From the IMG/VR virus record IMGVR_UViG_3300035696_000041: a stretch of 64,000 nt of DNA. One strand, 5' to 3'. A program made the translations under genes and the position numbers. The notes below the pieces were generated by a model, which worked only from the letters and a program-made list of their open reading frames with translations, was not told where the DNA came from and searched no databases. The stretch comes from a virus. Of this stretch, positions 1 through 9,387 are shown one piece after another; the first letter of the stretch is position 1; each line of letters opens with the position of its first letter.

Positions 1-87
1 ACACTCCGTCTCGTGCGAAGCACTTGATGGACAAGCCATCGTCAACAGGCTAAATGTCGGACCTAAACTCTGGCAAACCCATCTCCT

Positions 88-348
88 TTAGGGGATGGGT
101 AGTTGATACAAACACTCTTCCATGTTTCCCATGTTGCATTCCACGGCAGCGAGAGCCTTCTGAAAACCTCGGTAGTAGCCGAAGGTTCGGGTCTTTCTGT
201 CCGTCTTGATTTCTCCCGTGACTGGGTGGGTGGCAATCACCTTTGCCCAAATCGAAGTCAGAAACCAAATCTGCGTCGGGTCGTTTTTTCGCATTACCAT
301 ATCAATATCCTCGGTCTTCTCTCGAACCTTCTCGTTCGAAAATGGCAA
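88..348 (-). CDS. hypothetical protein
   Basis: 86-aa ORF with protein-like composition on the dominant coding strand. No recognisable motif. Confidence 0.3.
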   Translation of the reverse strand: MPFSNEKVREKTEDIDMVMRKNDPTQIWFLTSIWAKVIATHPVTGEIKTDRKTRTFGYYRGFQKALAAVECNMGNMEECLYQLPIP

Positions 349-521
349 CCCATGTGGTCATTCCCGTCTCGGGGTCGGTCTCGCCGTATCCCTTCAACGC
401 AAAGATGGATTGGAAATCAGGTTCCCCGAGAGGATGGAAGATGGGCAATCCCGTCTGTCCAATATGCATGAATACTGCCTCTTCCTTCTTCACGCCCTTG
501 TAGTAGAGGCGATACACGCCA

Positions 522-743
522 TCAGGAACTAGATGTTCCTTGGGGACTGTCTGTTGTAGCGGTTTCATTTGTCTTTCGTTTCTTCGGGCGTGGCTTGCCG
601 TATTCGCACTCGGGACAGACACATTTAGGCTCACCACTCTTCACGTTCCACGCCAGTATTCTCCACTTGGCGAACGCAATGTCTTTGGCATCAGCAAATG
701 TGGCTTTGTCACCGCACTCGATGCACTCTATGGTCCATCTCAT
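522..743 (-). CDS. hypothetical zinc-ribbon protein
   Basis: 73-aa ORF with CIECG...CVCPEC (two CxxC pairs) and a basic C-terminus. Confidence 0.35.
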   Translation of the reverse strand: MRWTIECIECGDKATFADAKDIAFAKWRILAWNVKSGEPKCVCPECEYGKPRPKKRKTNETATTDSPQGTSSS

Positions 744-798
744 TCATCCAATATAGCACATGCTGTCCAATTGTCAACTGAGTTTTTCGGGTTTCCAT

Positions 799-834
799 TT
801 GACAAACGGGCACCCCTCGTGTATATTACGGGCA
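799..834 (+). promoter_or_regulatory. sigma70-type promoter (TTGACA-17nt-TATATT), plus strand
   Basis: ttgaca at 799-804, tatatt at 822-827. Predicted TSS about 834 coincides with ATG 834-836, implying a leaderless transcript. Confidence 0.4.
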
Positions 835-1073
835 TGAAATTTCTGAAAGCTGCTTACGTTTACATCCCCCAGCAAGTGCTTTCCACCTTCATCCTCTGGG
901 ATGGCATCTTTGTCTGGTATCGGGGCTTCCTTAGCATTTGGACTGACCCGTCAAGCCGCACCACGCTTTTGAGCGTGATATTTATTGGTATGTCGTTCGG
1001 GCTTATTGTAGCCCGTGCTCAAACCAAGCCGCAGAATGAAAAAGATACTCAATTTCCTCCGATGGGTCCGTGA
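834..1073 (+). CDS. small hypothetical hydrophobic protein (MKFLKAAYVYIPQQ...)
   Basis: ATG immediately downstream of the plus-strand promoter. In-frame 3' portion of ORF 540..1073. Hydrophobic segments. Confidence 0.3.
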   Translation: MKFLKAAYVYIPQQVLSTFILWDGIFVWYRGFLSIWTDPSSRTTLLSVIFIGMSFGLIVARAQTKPQNEKDTQFPPMGP

Positions 1074-1150
1074 ATGGCTGTTCATCATCTTCATCCTTTT
1101 ACCCTTGATGCTTATCGCCCTTTCACTTTGGAAACGAGAAATGCGTGACT

Positions 1151-1426
1151 ATGATTGACGTGAACAAAATCTGCAGCATGAAGACCCTTGAGGTCGTCAA
1201 GAAACTCTTGACCGATTTCCTCGCCTTCGACAAAGCCACAATACTCAAAGTGTACGAAGACGAGTACGGTTGGGGCGAAGAGGATTATGAGGCCGACAGG
1301 GATAGTGTTACTTATCTCTTGGAGCAAGTGGAACGCCGCATGAAGTCCCTCGGAAAGCATCTTGCTAAGGGGAAGACGGATAAAAGTGCATCCCAATCGG
1401 CTGTCCCTGAATCCCAAGCCTCTTAG
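1151..1426 (+). CDS. hypothetical acidic protein
   Basis: ORF 1145..1426 with ATG at 1151. Balanced, acidic composition. Overlaps alternative minus ORF 1112..1417, so strand assignment is uncertain. Confidence 0.25.
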   Translation: MIDVNKICSMKTLEVVKKLLTDFLAFDKATILKVYEDEYGWGEEDYEADRDSVTYLLEQVERRMKSLGKHLAKGKTDKSASQSAVPESQAS

Positions 1427-2090
1427 CCAGCTTCTTCATTTCTTCCTTGTCCTTATTCTCGGGAGGAACTTGGCACCCTTCGTATATCTGCTTCGTAGTC
1501 AAGTCATAGTGGAATGACTTGTCGAAAATGCCTTCCTTGCGTACACGGTCAAGGTACTTCCTCACTGTATCCGCAGTCCCGCCATCCTTCAACATATGCT
1601 CTTTGCCGAAGGTGCAAGCCAGGATGAAGTCTGATTTGGCCACGAGAGCATTGCGAGCATGGAAGCCAAGTAGCTTGCCATACTTATTGCGGTCAATCAA
1701 ATCGGCTCCCTCGGCTTGGGCGATTTGAATATCAGAAAGGGAGTTGATTCCCGTCTTGCGTTGGAATAGCCCGTGGTAGTAGTTGGCGGTGCCGCCAGGG
1801 TTCTTGTACGGGTCTTTGTCTCCCGTGTCGTGGTAGCTTCCATTCTCCCACAGGTCGGGCAAGAAGAGACGAAGGTGCGGGGCTTTCCTATCCAAAAACA
1901 ATTTGACAGCCACATGGTCTGCCCATGCGGCCCCGCCCGAGACAAGGTGGGTGATGGGATAGTTGCTCTCATTGATTTGCTCAAGCAAACCAGTAGCAAC
2001 AAGCATCATCGCCTCAAAGTGCTGGCGAGTGAGTGCTTTCCCATCTTCCTTTCGCCCTGCCGTGCCGACAATGGCGTAAGTGATTTCCAT
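1365..2090 (-). CDS. LOG/SLOG-family Rossmann-fold nucleotide-processing protein
   Basis: N-terminal YAIVGTAGR...LVSGGAAWADHVA and C-terminal KDGGTADTV resemble the GGxGxMG and PGGxGT motifs of LOG/TIGR00730-like proteins. Confidence 0.4.
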   Translation of the reverse strand: MEITYAIVGTAGRKEDGKALTRQHFEAMMLVATGLLEQINESNYPITHLVSGGAAWADHVAVKLFLDRKAPHLRLFLPDLWENGSYHDTGDKDPYKNPGGTANYYHGLFQRKTGINSLSDIQIAQAEGADLIDRNKYGKLLGFHARNALVAKSDFILACTFGKEHMLKDGGTADTVRKYLDRVRKEGIFDKSFHYDLTTKQIYEGCQVPPENKDKEEMKKLAKRLGIQGQPIGMHFYPSSP

Positions 2091-2329
2091 TAGAATCTGA
2101 CGAGCGACACCCCGTCAGTCACCAGCCGATTGCGACTAAAGGTCTTGAACTGTCCATCCCTCTTCGAGAGGGCGTTGTCCAATTCGTATCCTTTCACATA
2201 GTCACCGTCAGCTTCGACTACACGGAGGTAGCGAACCTTCATTTTGCCAGTGGTGGAATCGGGGTACTCGAACTTCACTACGGGAGTGCGTTCGTCCTTT
2301 GGTGTATTTGGGTCTAAACTTCCAGTCAT
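2090..2329 (-). CDS. hypothetical protein
   Basis: 79-aa ORF. A promoter-like TTGACA-17-TATGAT at 2339-2370 places a TSS about 2-3 nt before its ATG. Confidence 0.4.
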   Translation of the reverse strand: MTGSLDPNTPKDERTPVVKFEYPDSTTGKMKVRYLRVVEADGDYVKGYELDNALSKRDGQFKTFSRNRLVTDGVSLVRF

Positions 2330-2370
2330 AGTGCCGACATCATATCAGAATGCCAATCTGATGTCAAGCA

Positions 2371-2514
2371 CTATTCCATCTGGTCAATGACTTTCTTGAA
2401 GATGGAATGGTCGTACCCACCGTTGCACGCCTCGAATAGGATAATAAGAAGAGGAATCACTGTGATGCAACAGAACAGTAAGAGCATCCCGATTATTACG
2501 TTTTTGCTTTTCAT
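2371..2514 (-). CDS. small membrane protein (47 aa, one TM helix)
   Basis: ATG overlaps the TGA of the upstream nadE fragment (ATGA). Hydrophobic core IIGMLLLFCCITVIPLLIILF. Below the ORF-track size cutoff. Confidence 0.3.
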   Translation of the reverse strand: MKSKNVIIGMLLLFCCITVIPLLIILFEACNGGYDHSIFKKVIDQME

Positions 2515-2944
2515 ACTTTTAACGCCTGTAGTTCAGCCAACTCTTCCTCATAGCCGCCCGTGAGGATAGGAGTGCGGCACCACGTCCTCGGGTCGAGGTT
2601 GTGGTCGTCCATATGGAACGAGAGAGCATACCGCTCACGCTTCCACTGATTGCGGCTGAATAAGCGGAAGAACTTCGTGATGCTATCAATGAGCTTATTG
2701 CGGTCGTAGTCCACTTCTCGGCTGATGGCATTGAAGATTTCCACGGGCACATAGCGGTTCTTCACCACGTAGCTTTCAATCATGTGGAGCAGCCAATAGG
2801 GCATCAGGTCGTCCTCGTCGGTCTGCTTGCATTCGGCGGGCCTTAGCTCGGCTGTCGGCTGTTGCTCATTGACGTACTTCATGGCGGGGCAAGGGCCAAT
2901 GCCTTCTGGTCCTTCCTCTTGCACCCACTTGAGGTACTCACGGA
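2511..2944 (-). pseudogene. nadE: NAD+ synthetase (NadE) C-terminal fragment, separated from its 5' part by IS insertion
   Basis: TAELRP...KQTDEDDLMPY matches the conserved C-terminal region of NAD synthetases. The first 46 nt of ORF 2511..2990 derive from the IS right end. TGA stop. Confidence 0.6.
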
Positions 2945-4265
2945 TATGAACTACCCACCCGCTAAAGCAGGTGGGGTTCCCCCCAAGCAATAGTTATGAG
3001 TTTCTATTGGGTAGTTCCTACCCATTTTGTATTCCATCTTGGGAAATGCGAAATCTACGATATTCTTCGCAGCATTCACATCTCTATCGTGTTGTGTATT
3101 ACAAGTAGGACACTTCCATTCTCTATCATCAAGTGTTAGAGAATGATTTACATATCCACAATGGGAACACATTTTACTGGATGGGTCAAATCTTCCAATC
3201 TTACGGAAGTTTTTACCATACCAATCACTTTTGTATTGGAGCATATTTACAAACTTATTCCAAGCATAATCAGCGATGCGATTATTGGTTGGTGAATAGT
3301 TTATGGTTTGTATGCCCTTCACAGACAAATCCTCAATACAAATAGTATTCACTTGGTTTTCGTGAGTGAGTTTGTATGAGAGTTTATCCAAGAAATCTTT
3401 TCGTTGTCTTGCTATTTTGGAATGGAGTTTGGTAATCTGCTCTTGCTTGGAGATATAAGCAGTAGAACCTTTAGTGAGTTGCTCCAAGTCCTGTTGGTGT
3501 TTGGTGAGTTTGTCTTGCGACTTTTTCAACACCTTTGGGTTCTCAATCTTGGTTCCATCGTTTAGAGTAATGAATGTCTTTACTCCAAAGTCCATTCCTA
3601 TTGCTTTGTTCCTCTTTGGTTCGGGTTTGGCTGGGAAATCCTTATTCACTTCCACAAGGATAGAGACATAATACTTTCCATCTCTGTCTTGGGATACGAT
3701 TGCTTGCTTCAATGTTCCTTCTGCTGGTCTATCAAAGATACACTTTATTCCTTCACGGAACTTTGGTATGACTAATCGTTTCGTCTCATAGTTCAGTTTG
3801 ATATTACTATTGGTGATGGGAACTATGAAGGATTTACGGGCATCCTTCCTTGACTTGAACTTGGGAAATCCTGCTCCACTACGAAAGAATGCGGTGTATG
3901 CTCGGTCAAGGTTTAGGATGGACTGCTGTAATGATTGAGAACCTATCTCACTCAACCATTCGTATTCGTCCTTGAGAGTGGGGAGTTGAGTTGCTAAATC
4001 CTGCCAAGTGATAGTTTTCTTGGTGGATTTGTAATGGTCTATTTTGACTTGGAGGAAGTGGTTATAGACGAAACGACAATGACCAAAATGCTTGGACAAA
4101 AGAACTTGTTGTTCCTTGTTCGGCATCAAGCGATATTTGTATGCTCTGTTATACATCCTACTAATACATATAGTTGAGTTTGAGAAAACATCAAAGTATT
4201 TTCAATGGGTCGCATTCATCCCATCCGCTAAAGCAGATGGGTTTTCTGCTTCCACCAAAGATAAA
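2945..4265 (-). mobile_element. IS200/IS605-family TnpB-only insertion element, copy 1 (1321 bp)
   Basis: Ends defined by alignment with copy 2. Subterminal hairpins cccacccgctaaagcaggtggg (RE) and cccatccgctaaagcagatggg (LE). No tnpA. Lies inside nadE. Confidence 0.75.
2951..4156 (-). CDS. tnpB: TnpB RNA-guided endonuclease (OrfB, IS605/IS1341 type)
   Basis: 401 aa. RuvC-I IGMDFGVKTF, RuvC-II CIEDL, zinc finger CSHCGY...CPTCNTQHDRDVNAAKNI. About 78 percent identical to copy 2. Confidence 0.85.
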   Translation of the reverse strand: MYNRAYKYRLMPNKEQQVLLSKHFGHCRFVYNHFLQVKIDHYKSTKKTITWQDLATQLPTLKDEYEWLSEIGSQSLQQSILNLDRAYTAFFRSGAGFPKFKSRKDARKSFIVPITNSNIKLNYETKRLVIPKFREGIKCIFDRPAEGTLKQAIVSQDRDGKYYVSILVEVNKDFPAKPEPKRNKAIGMDFGVKTFITLNDGTKIENPKVLKKSQDKLTKHQQDLEQLTKGSTAYISKQEQITKLHSKIARQRKDFLDKLSYKLTHENQVNTICIEDLSVKGIQTINYSPTNNRIADYAWNKFVNMLQYKSDWYGKNFRKIGRFDPSSKMCSHCGYVNHSLTLDDREWKCPTCNTQHDRDVNAAKNIVDFAFPKMEYKMGRNYPIETHNYCLGGTPPALAGG

Positions 4266-5624
4266 CTTACCAATCTTGAGGTATTCCTTGAACACGGGGT
4301 CAACGTCAAGGACCAAGAAGGGCACCCCGAGGGCCGCAGAGACTTGATTGGCCGATTCCCGAGTCACCTTGCCACTGTTCTCTGTCGGCTGATAGGCAGT
4401 AGTGATGAGTATCCTCGTAAGAATACGAATCTGTTCCTCTTGGTCGTAACGGTCAAAGTCACTGCAACGAGCAGCACTCGCACAGTGCGGAGCGTACTTG
4501 GCGAGGAAAGGAACTGCCCCAAGTTCTCGTACTCCCAACTCGATGCCCTTGGCACACGCATAAGTCACCATTGACGAGTCGGCACCGCCAGATAGAGAGA
4601 TTACAAAGCCCTTGGTGTGGGACTTCCGCATGTAATCCATGAGAGCAAGGCCGAGGGCACGGGTGCATTCCTCATGTTTAATGTTAATGCCGCTTTCCCA
4701 CGGCTCTTCGAGAGTATTCATATTCTTCTCGGCCACACTCGGGAAAAGGAAGTCTCCCTTGACGCATCCTTCATTATATCCTTCAAGGTTCGGTTGAAAG
4801 GATGCCGTTCTGGCAACACTCGTTTTGGTCGTATGCACGTCCACGATGGCAGAAGTAATGAGAGAATCACGATAGGTAAACCGTTTGCCTTCTGCACAGA
4901 GAGACCCACCCGAGGCAATCAAAGCACCGCCATCATAGATGGCACGTCCAGATTCGTTGCCTACGAGATTTGCATACACATAGGTTGCACCGAAGGCTCG
5001 GGAGCCATCCACGACGAAGTTCCTTCGGGTCACTATCTTGCGGAAAGCGAAGTGAGAAGCTGAGGGATTGAGATAAATATCCACTCCCTTACCCGCCAGC
5101 TTGGTGCCAGGGCGTGCCGCAACCCATGCATCCTCACAGATTTCATATCCAATCTTCACCCCATCGAAAAGGAAATGAGTATCACCAATAGGATAGTCAG
5201 TTCCATTGATGGTAATGTGCTTGACTATACCCGAGGGCCACGGCTTGAAGTGGCGAGGCTCATAGTGGATGCCATCCCCCGCCAAGTGTTGCTTGCACGT
5301 AAAGCCCCACACTTGCTTGTTGGCAACAGTAGCCACGGCGTTATAGAGAGTGTTGTCAAACATCACGGGGAGTCCAATGCACACGATGATGTCCTTGGTG
5401 TGCTCGGCAATGGCGAAAAGCTTCTTCATCGCCCGTGCGGGAACGTCGGCACAGAACAAGTCGTCCTCAAGGCCGTAGCCCGTGATGGTCATTTCGGGAA
5501 GGCACAGCACCGATATGTTCTGATTCTTGGCTTCCCAAATGGTCTGAATGATATTCTTGTGGTTATTCTTCCAGTCCCGAGGGGTCTGATTCATTACCGC
5601 AGCACCAACTTTGATTAGTTTCAT
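4266..5624 (-). pseudogene. nadE: glutamine-dependent NAD+ synthetase (nitrilase domain + PP-loop synthetase domain), 3'-truncated by IS
   Basis: N-terminal CN-hydrolase domain, then SLSGGADSS PP-loop. ORF 4191..5624 ends with 25 aa (GGSRKPICFSGWDECDPLKIL) encoded by the IS left end. Confidence 0.75.
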
Positions 5625-6025
5625 TTGGCGGGTTCTTTCTTGGATGTATAGGTATAACCGAAGACGAGATAAGAAAACCCGTTGCTTCGATTGACACCAA
5701 GCAGCACATGCTGTAGGTTTACGTCGGTTGAGCCGTGGAAGTGGTTAAGCACAGCTTCATAGAAGCGGGCAGTCTTCGGAGTAAGTTTAGCTTTCTTGGC
5801 CAACTCAAACCCCTCTTGCCATTCCTTTCCAATGAGACGGTCATCGTAGTTGTAGAATAGCCCTTCCTTGGGGGCACCAAAAACCGTAATAGCATCGCCC
5901 CTGGCCTCGGGGTCCGAGTAATGCATGAAGGTGCGTATCGGCGTATCCTTATCCGTCAACGCAAAGCGGCATGGAAATTCGTCTTCCTGGTCCCAGTACC
6001 CCAAGTTGGAATGTATGCGTTTCAC
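5621..6025 (-). CDS. hypothetical protein (between nadE and pncB)
   Basis: 134-aa ORF translationally coupled to flanking NAD genes. No recognised motif. Confidence 0.45.
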   Translation of the reverse strand: MKRIHSNLGYWDQEDEFPCRFALTDKDTPIRTFMHYSDPEARGDAITVFGAPKEGLFYNYDDRLIGKEWQEGFELAKKAKLTPKTARFYEAVLNHFHGSTDVNLQHVLLGVNRSNGFSYLVFGYTYTSKKEPAK

Positions 6026-7206
6026 TTCGTTACACTTTCTACGGGAAGGCCGAGAGTAGCCTTTACAAGGTTCACGTCTTCGAGATTGCCCGTGTGTTTA
6101 CCAGGGTCATCCGAGAGTTTCACCACACCCACAGAGCCGTTGCCGAAGTCGGCAGTAGCCAGTTTGATAACCATATTCAAGGGTTTGATGCCCTCGATGT
6201 CATTGGCGAAGTGGGTTCCGATACCACCGCACGGCTGAATGAACTTGCGGAAGTACTGGTCGAGGGCAACGTAGGTATCAGTATCCAGCCCATTGCTGAA
6301 CACGAGCCGCTTCTCTTGAGAAGGAATGCGGAGCCTCTTGTAATGGTCCACCGCTCGGATGCCTTGCTCGTAGTTCTCGCCACTGTCCACCCGCACACCA
6401 TCGAAGAGGCGGGCGTCATAGGTATCAAAATCCCGATAGAACACCTTGCTCGTGAAGGTGTCGGTCAGAGCAATACCCACATTGCCATTGAAATGAGCCG
6501 CCCAATGCTTACGCCACATTCTGTCGGCCATGAGGGGGCCATAGAGGGCAGACATTGCCATGATGCACTCGTGGGCGTAGGTGCCGCTTGGAATCACGCC
6601 GTACTTCATCGCAAAGTGCGGGTTGCTTGTGCCGAGGAAACCTTCACCATCACGCATGATTTCCACAACATTTGCTTGCACTTCGTAAGAATGGCGGCGA
6701 CGGGTGCTGAAATCAATCCAGTGGCATTTGTTTTCAGAAAGCTTCGTAGTCTTCCGTTGGATGCGAAGCTTCCAATCGCCAGAGGCGGGCTGATTAGTCA
6801 TACGGAAGTACAGTTCCGAGATAATCGCCATCAGTTTGACTTCCCAATAGATGGTGCGATACCAGTAGCCCGTGATAATGATAGTGAGAGTGCCGTTGAC
6901 TTGCTTCACTTCCACTTCCCGAGGGTCCATGCGGTAGTGCCGCAGCCATTCGATGTAGGTCGGACGCTGGTACTTGATGCTGTTCCGCATCCAATCGGCC
7001 TCGGCGTCGGTCATTTCCAGTTTGGAAAGCATTTCCAGTTGCTTCTGGAGTTCAATATCAAATCCCTTGGGGAAGGGCACCTTGCTCCGAAGGATGAACT
7101 TGTACGACACCACGGCGTTCGGAAAGTCATGGAACACGACAGACCCCATGTTGAACTTGTACAGGTCGTCGTCTAGCATTGAGCGGATGATGGGTTCGTC
7201 AATCAT
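6022..7206 (-). CDS. pncB: nicotinate phosphoribosyltransferase (NAPRTase)
   Basis: SMLDDDLYKFNM N-terminus, LTDTFT and GVRVDSGE motifs typical of PncB. Start taken at the internal ATG 7206, because the upstream 40 codons are low-complexity. Confidence 0.7.
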   Translation of the reverse strand: MIDEPIIRSMLDDDLYKFNMGSVVFHDFPNAVVSYKFILRSKVPFPKGFDIELQKQLEMLSKLEMTDAEADWMRNSIKYQRPTYIEWLRHYRMDPREVEVKQVNGTLTIIITGYWYRTIYWEVKLMAIISELYFRMTNQPASGDWKLRIQRKTTKLSENKCHWIDFSTRRRHSYEVQANVVEIMRDGEGFLGTSNPHFAMKYGVIPSGTYAHECIMAMSALYGPLMADRMWRKHWAAHFNGNVGIALTDTFTSKVFYRDFDTYDARLFDGVRVDSGENYEQGIRAVDHYKRLRIPSQEKRLVFSNGLDTDTYVALDQYFRKFIQPCGGIGTHFANDIEGIKPLNMVIKLATADFGNGSVGVVKLSDDPGKHTGNLEDVNLVKATLGLPVESVTK

Positions 7207-7210
7207 ATGC

Positions 7211-7528
7211 TTATTCGAAGGTCGGGGTTTTGGTGATGGTTTCCGTAGTGCGGGTCGTGTACTGGATTTCGCCGCACTCTTGGCAAACACGTTTCCAACG
7301 AAAATCGGTCTTGGCGGCAACGTCACACGGGCCTCGCCAGTCCACTCCCATCGTGCCAGGAGGGTCGCCAGGGATGGTGTAGCCTTTGTGGTAAATGTGG
7401 TCGGGCGTCACCGCACCCCACCGATGGTTGCACGAGCGTACAGCGGAAACTAGCTTCCGCTCGGTTTCATCCAACTCCAACCGCATTGCGGCAACCCGAA
7501 GGCGAAGGTCTTGAATGTTATGGTTCAT
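7211..7528 (-). CDS. hypothetical protein with CxxC motif
   Basis: ORF 7211..7639 trimmed to ATG 7528. Contains CQECGE. Confidence 0.35.
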   Translation of the reverse strand: MNHNIQDLRLRVAAMRLELDETERKLVSAVRSCNHRWGAVTPDHIYHKGYTIPGDPPGTMGVDWRGPCDVAAKTDFRWKRVCQECGEIQYTTRTTETITKTPTFE

Positions 7529-7832
7529 TTGTATTCCAAACTGCCTTGCTAATGAGCACGTCAACCGAGTCCTTCTCGGTCTCGAATCGGCAGTCCATTT
7601 CTCGCAAGACGTAGAGAGGTTCCCCAGCCTCGGCGGCAATCTCCTTCAAGACGGGGCCATCCTTGGTAATGTCCACGTCACCAAACCACACCTTGCCTTG
7701 GCTCTTGGTGACGATGTTGGCGTTCCAGACGCACTTGTGGCCCTTGGGAGCTATCTTGCTGCCCGAGACCATTCGGCCACAGTACAAATTGCGTTTGTCG
7801 AACAGAGGGTAGAAATTTACTGGTTCACTCAT
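7518..7832 (-). CDS. hypothetical protein
   Basis: 104-aa ORF on the coding strand. Confidence 0.4.
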   Translation of the reverse strand: MSEPVNFYPLFDKRNLYCGRMVSGSKIAPKGHKCVWNANIVTKSQGKVWFGDVDITKDGPVLKEIAAEAGEPLYVLREMDCRFETEKDSVDVLISKAVWNTNEP

Positions 7833-7862
7833 AACGTCAATATACCACGTCGTTAAAAAAAG

Positions 7863-8177
7863 TCAATACTCTTCTTCGGGGGGCATCGGCGGGGTTGTTC
7901 TCGGGGCATGAAAAGCGGTCGCTTTCAAACTCTCGCCCAAGAACTGAGCCTTGTCATGGCCGAAGGGAAGGGTCGGGAAGGTCTGATACGCAGTCCATAT
8001 CCTTTTGTCCCACTCGGGAGAGAGCAGACACTTGTCGAGGAAGGTGCGGGCACGACGATGACTCCACCTTCTCTCGTGCATGTACTTCGCAATGCGGGTC
8101 TCGACTTCGCCCTTAAGGAGAAGGTCGGAGACCACCGTAAGCATATTGAACTCTTCGATGTTGAATGGCTTGCTCAT
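7863..8177 (-). CDS. hypothetical protein
   Basis: 104-aa ORF. Confidence 0.4.
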   Translation of the reverse strand: MSKPFNIEEFNMLTVVSDLLLKGEVETRIAKYMHERRWSHRRARTFLDKCLLSPEWDKRIWTAYQTFPTLPFGHDKAQFLGESLKATAFHAPRTTPPMPPEEEY

Positions 8178-9040
8178 AGAATCCTCGCACCTTTGTACTG
8201 CCAGTCATAGTAGAGGCTCCCCTCGGGGAAGAAGATAAGTTGACGGAACTCATCTTTCCCATTGGTGTCCCGAGTGAGGCAGTTGCCCATACAAACGTTC
8301 TGCCCGTTGACATCGTAAACGTCCATCCCGTGCATCAGGTGTTGCAGCAGAGTCCCGTGGTACTTGGGATAGTTCACAATCTGGGCGAGGGCCGTTTCGT
8401 CCAAAGCGTGGGTCTTCGTCCACTCGGTCACGGCGGGGCTGTCGGTCACTTCACTTGGCATGATGTTGCGGAAGGTCAGTTGCTCCACCTTGTTTTGGCG
8501 GGCAAAGCTTATCATTTCGTCAAGCTTCACCACGCTGTCAATATAGCCCTTGAGCATCATGACGCACAGCCGCACCGAGAAGCCAATCTTGTGCAGCTTG
8601 GCGATAAGTTGAGCCAAGTCGTAGTGTTTGTCGTCGGGGGTGTAAACGGAGGCGTTCTTGGCTTCGTCATAGTGGACCACCGAAAGGGCGATAGTGGTCA
8701 AGCCGAGGGTGTACCAATGGTTCAGATAAGCATCCATTTCTTCGGTATCCTCAGCCATCCGAAGACCATTGGTCTGCATTTCAATGAGCGGGAAGTCGTA
8801 CTCTTGCAGTCCCTTGAGGGTCTCGGTAATGTTGTTCGGGTAGAGGGTTGGTTCACCCTTGCCCGTCAAGAGGACCGTGGTCGTTTCGGCCTTCTGGGCG
8901 AGCCTACAGGCGATACCGAAATTTCGCCAGTTGACCTTGGGAGGGGTGCCGAAAAGGCCCGTTTGCTTGCTGATACAGAAGGGGCACGAGGCGTTACAAG
9001 CCCGTGTCCCCACGACGATTGAGAATGTTTGGAAGTGCAT
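8174..9040 (-). CDS. radical SAM domain protein
   Basis: CNASCPFC (CxxxCxxC) cluster near the N-terminus and a GKGEPTLYP glycine-rich motif. Confidence 0.7.
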   Translation of the reverse strand: MHFQTFSIVVGTRACNASCPFCISKQTGLFGTPPKVNWRNFGIACRLAQKAETTTVLLTGKGEPTLYPNNITETLKGLQEYDFPLIEMQTNGLRMAEDTEEMDAYLNHWYTLGLTTIALSVVHYDEAKNASVYTPDDKHYDLAQLIAKLHKIGFSVRLCVMMLKGYIDSVVKLDEMISFARQNKVEQLTFRNIMPSEVTDSPAVTEWTKTHALDETALAQIVNYPKYHGTLLQHLMHGMDVYDVNGQNVCMGNCLTRDTNGKDEFRQLIFFPEGSLYYDWQYKGARIL

Positions 9041-9060
9041 AGCGTTTTTCTAATGTGCTC

Positions 9061-9092
9061 ACAATATAGCACACTTCGGGCGTTTGTCAAAC
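9061..9092 (-). promoter_or_regulatory. sigma70-type promoter with extended -10 (family member a)
   Basis: Minus-strand TTGACA-16-TGTGCTATATT upstream of the radical SAM gene. Leader about 16 nt. Confidence 0.45.
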
Positions 9093-9102
9093 TGAAAAGT
9101 AG

Positions 9103-9387
9103 CTACGGGAGCCGCAGCCTGTCAGCAAGGCGGGCAGAGGGAGAGTCATTCAATAACCGCTTGCGATTGCCCCAACATCGGTTGTTTCGGAACCACGGCT
9201 TGAAGTCTTTGCGGGTCAGTTTCCGACCTAACCGCTTCTCGAAGCACCCGATGCAAATAACGTTGTCTCGCTTCTTGACGGGCATTGTGAGCAGCCATAA
9301 ACCATCGCTCACGTAGAAATCCTCTCCCATGTCCCACGGCTTGCATCGGCAATCCGTACACTTAAGGTCGTGCATAGCCTCGGGCAA
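9103..9387 (-). CDS. hypothetical Cys-rich protein
   Basis: 94 aa with CTDCRC...CIGC. Confidence 0.4.
   Translation of the reverse strand: MPEAMHDLKCTDCRCKPWDMGEDFYVSDGLWLLTMPVKKRDNVICIGCFEKRLGRKLTRKDFKPWFRNNRCWGNRKRLLNDSPSARLADRLRLP

Noticed and set aside
2933-4286. Interpreting the gaatacctcaag / gagtacctcaag flanking repeat as a target-site duplication that proves transposition chemistry.
   Set aside because: IS200/IS605-family elements insert without a TSD. The repeat is imperfect (11/12). Joining the flanks does not restore the nadE frame without shifting a boundary by 1 nt. It is recorded as an observation only.
4092-4574. Plus-strand ORF 4092..4574 (160 aa) spanning the IS left end and nadE.
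   Set aside because: It crosses an element boundary, is antisense to both tnpB and nadE, and has no homology signal. It is spurious.
5971-7176. Long plus-strand ORFs antisense to minus-strand genes (for example 5971..7176, 9849..11066, 19503..20966, 21608..22528, 22547..23335, 44899..45564, 45989..46870, 48998..49780, 49835..50482, 56881..57486).
   Set aside because: They lie entirely within minus-strand genes that carry clear family motifs (PncB, kinase-like, rIIB, rIIA, vWA, J-kinase and others). Their translations are low-complexity and rich in Arg/Gly/Val/His. They have no promoters or start context. They are treated as shadow ORFs.
6022-7326. N-terminal extensions of several ORF-track entries (6022..7326, 16554..17510, 33500..34204, 45986..47182, 47736..48905, 31246..32580, 43814..44875, 60361..61545, 19032..19457).
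   Set aside because: The extensions are low-complexity. Domain homology begins at an internal ATG. In several cases a mapped promoter or terminator lies inside the extension, for example the terminator hairpin translated as MGVSLSGGSLPFIL. Starts were therefore trimmed.
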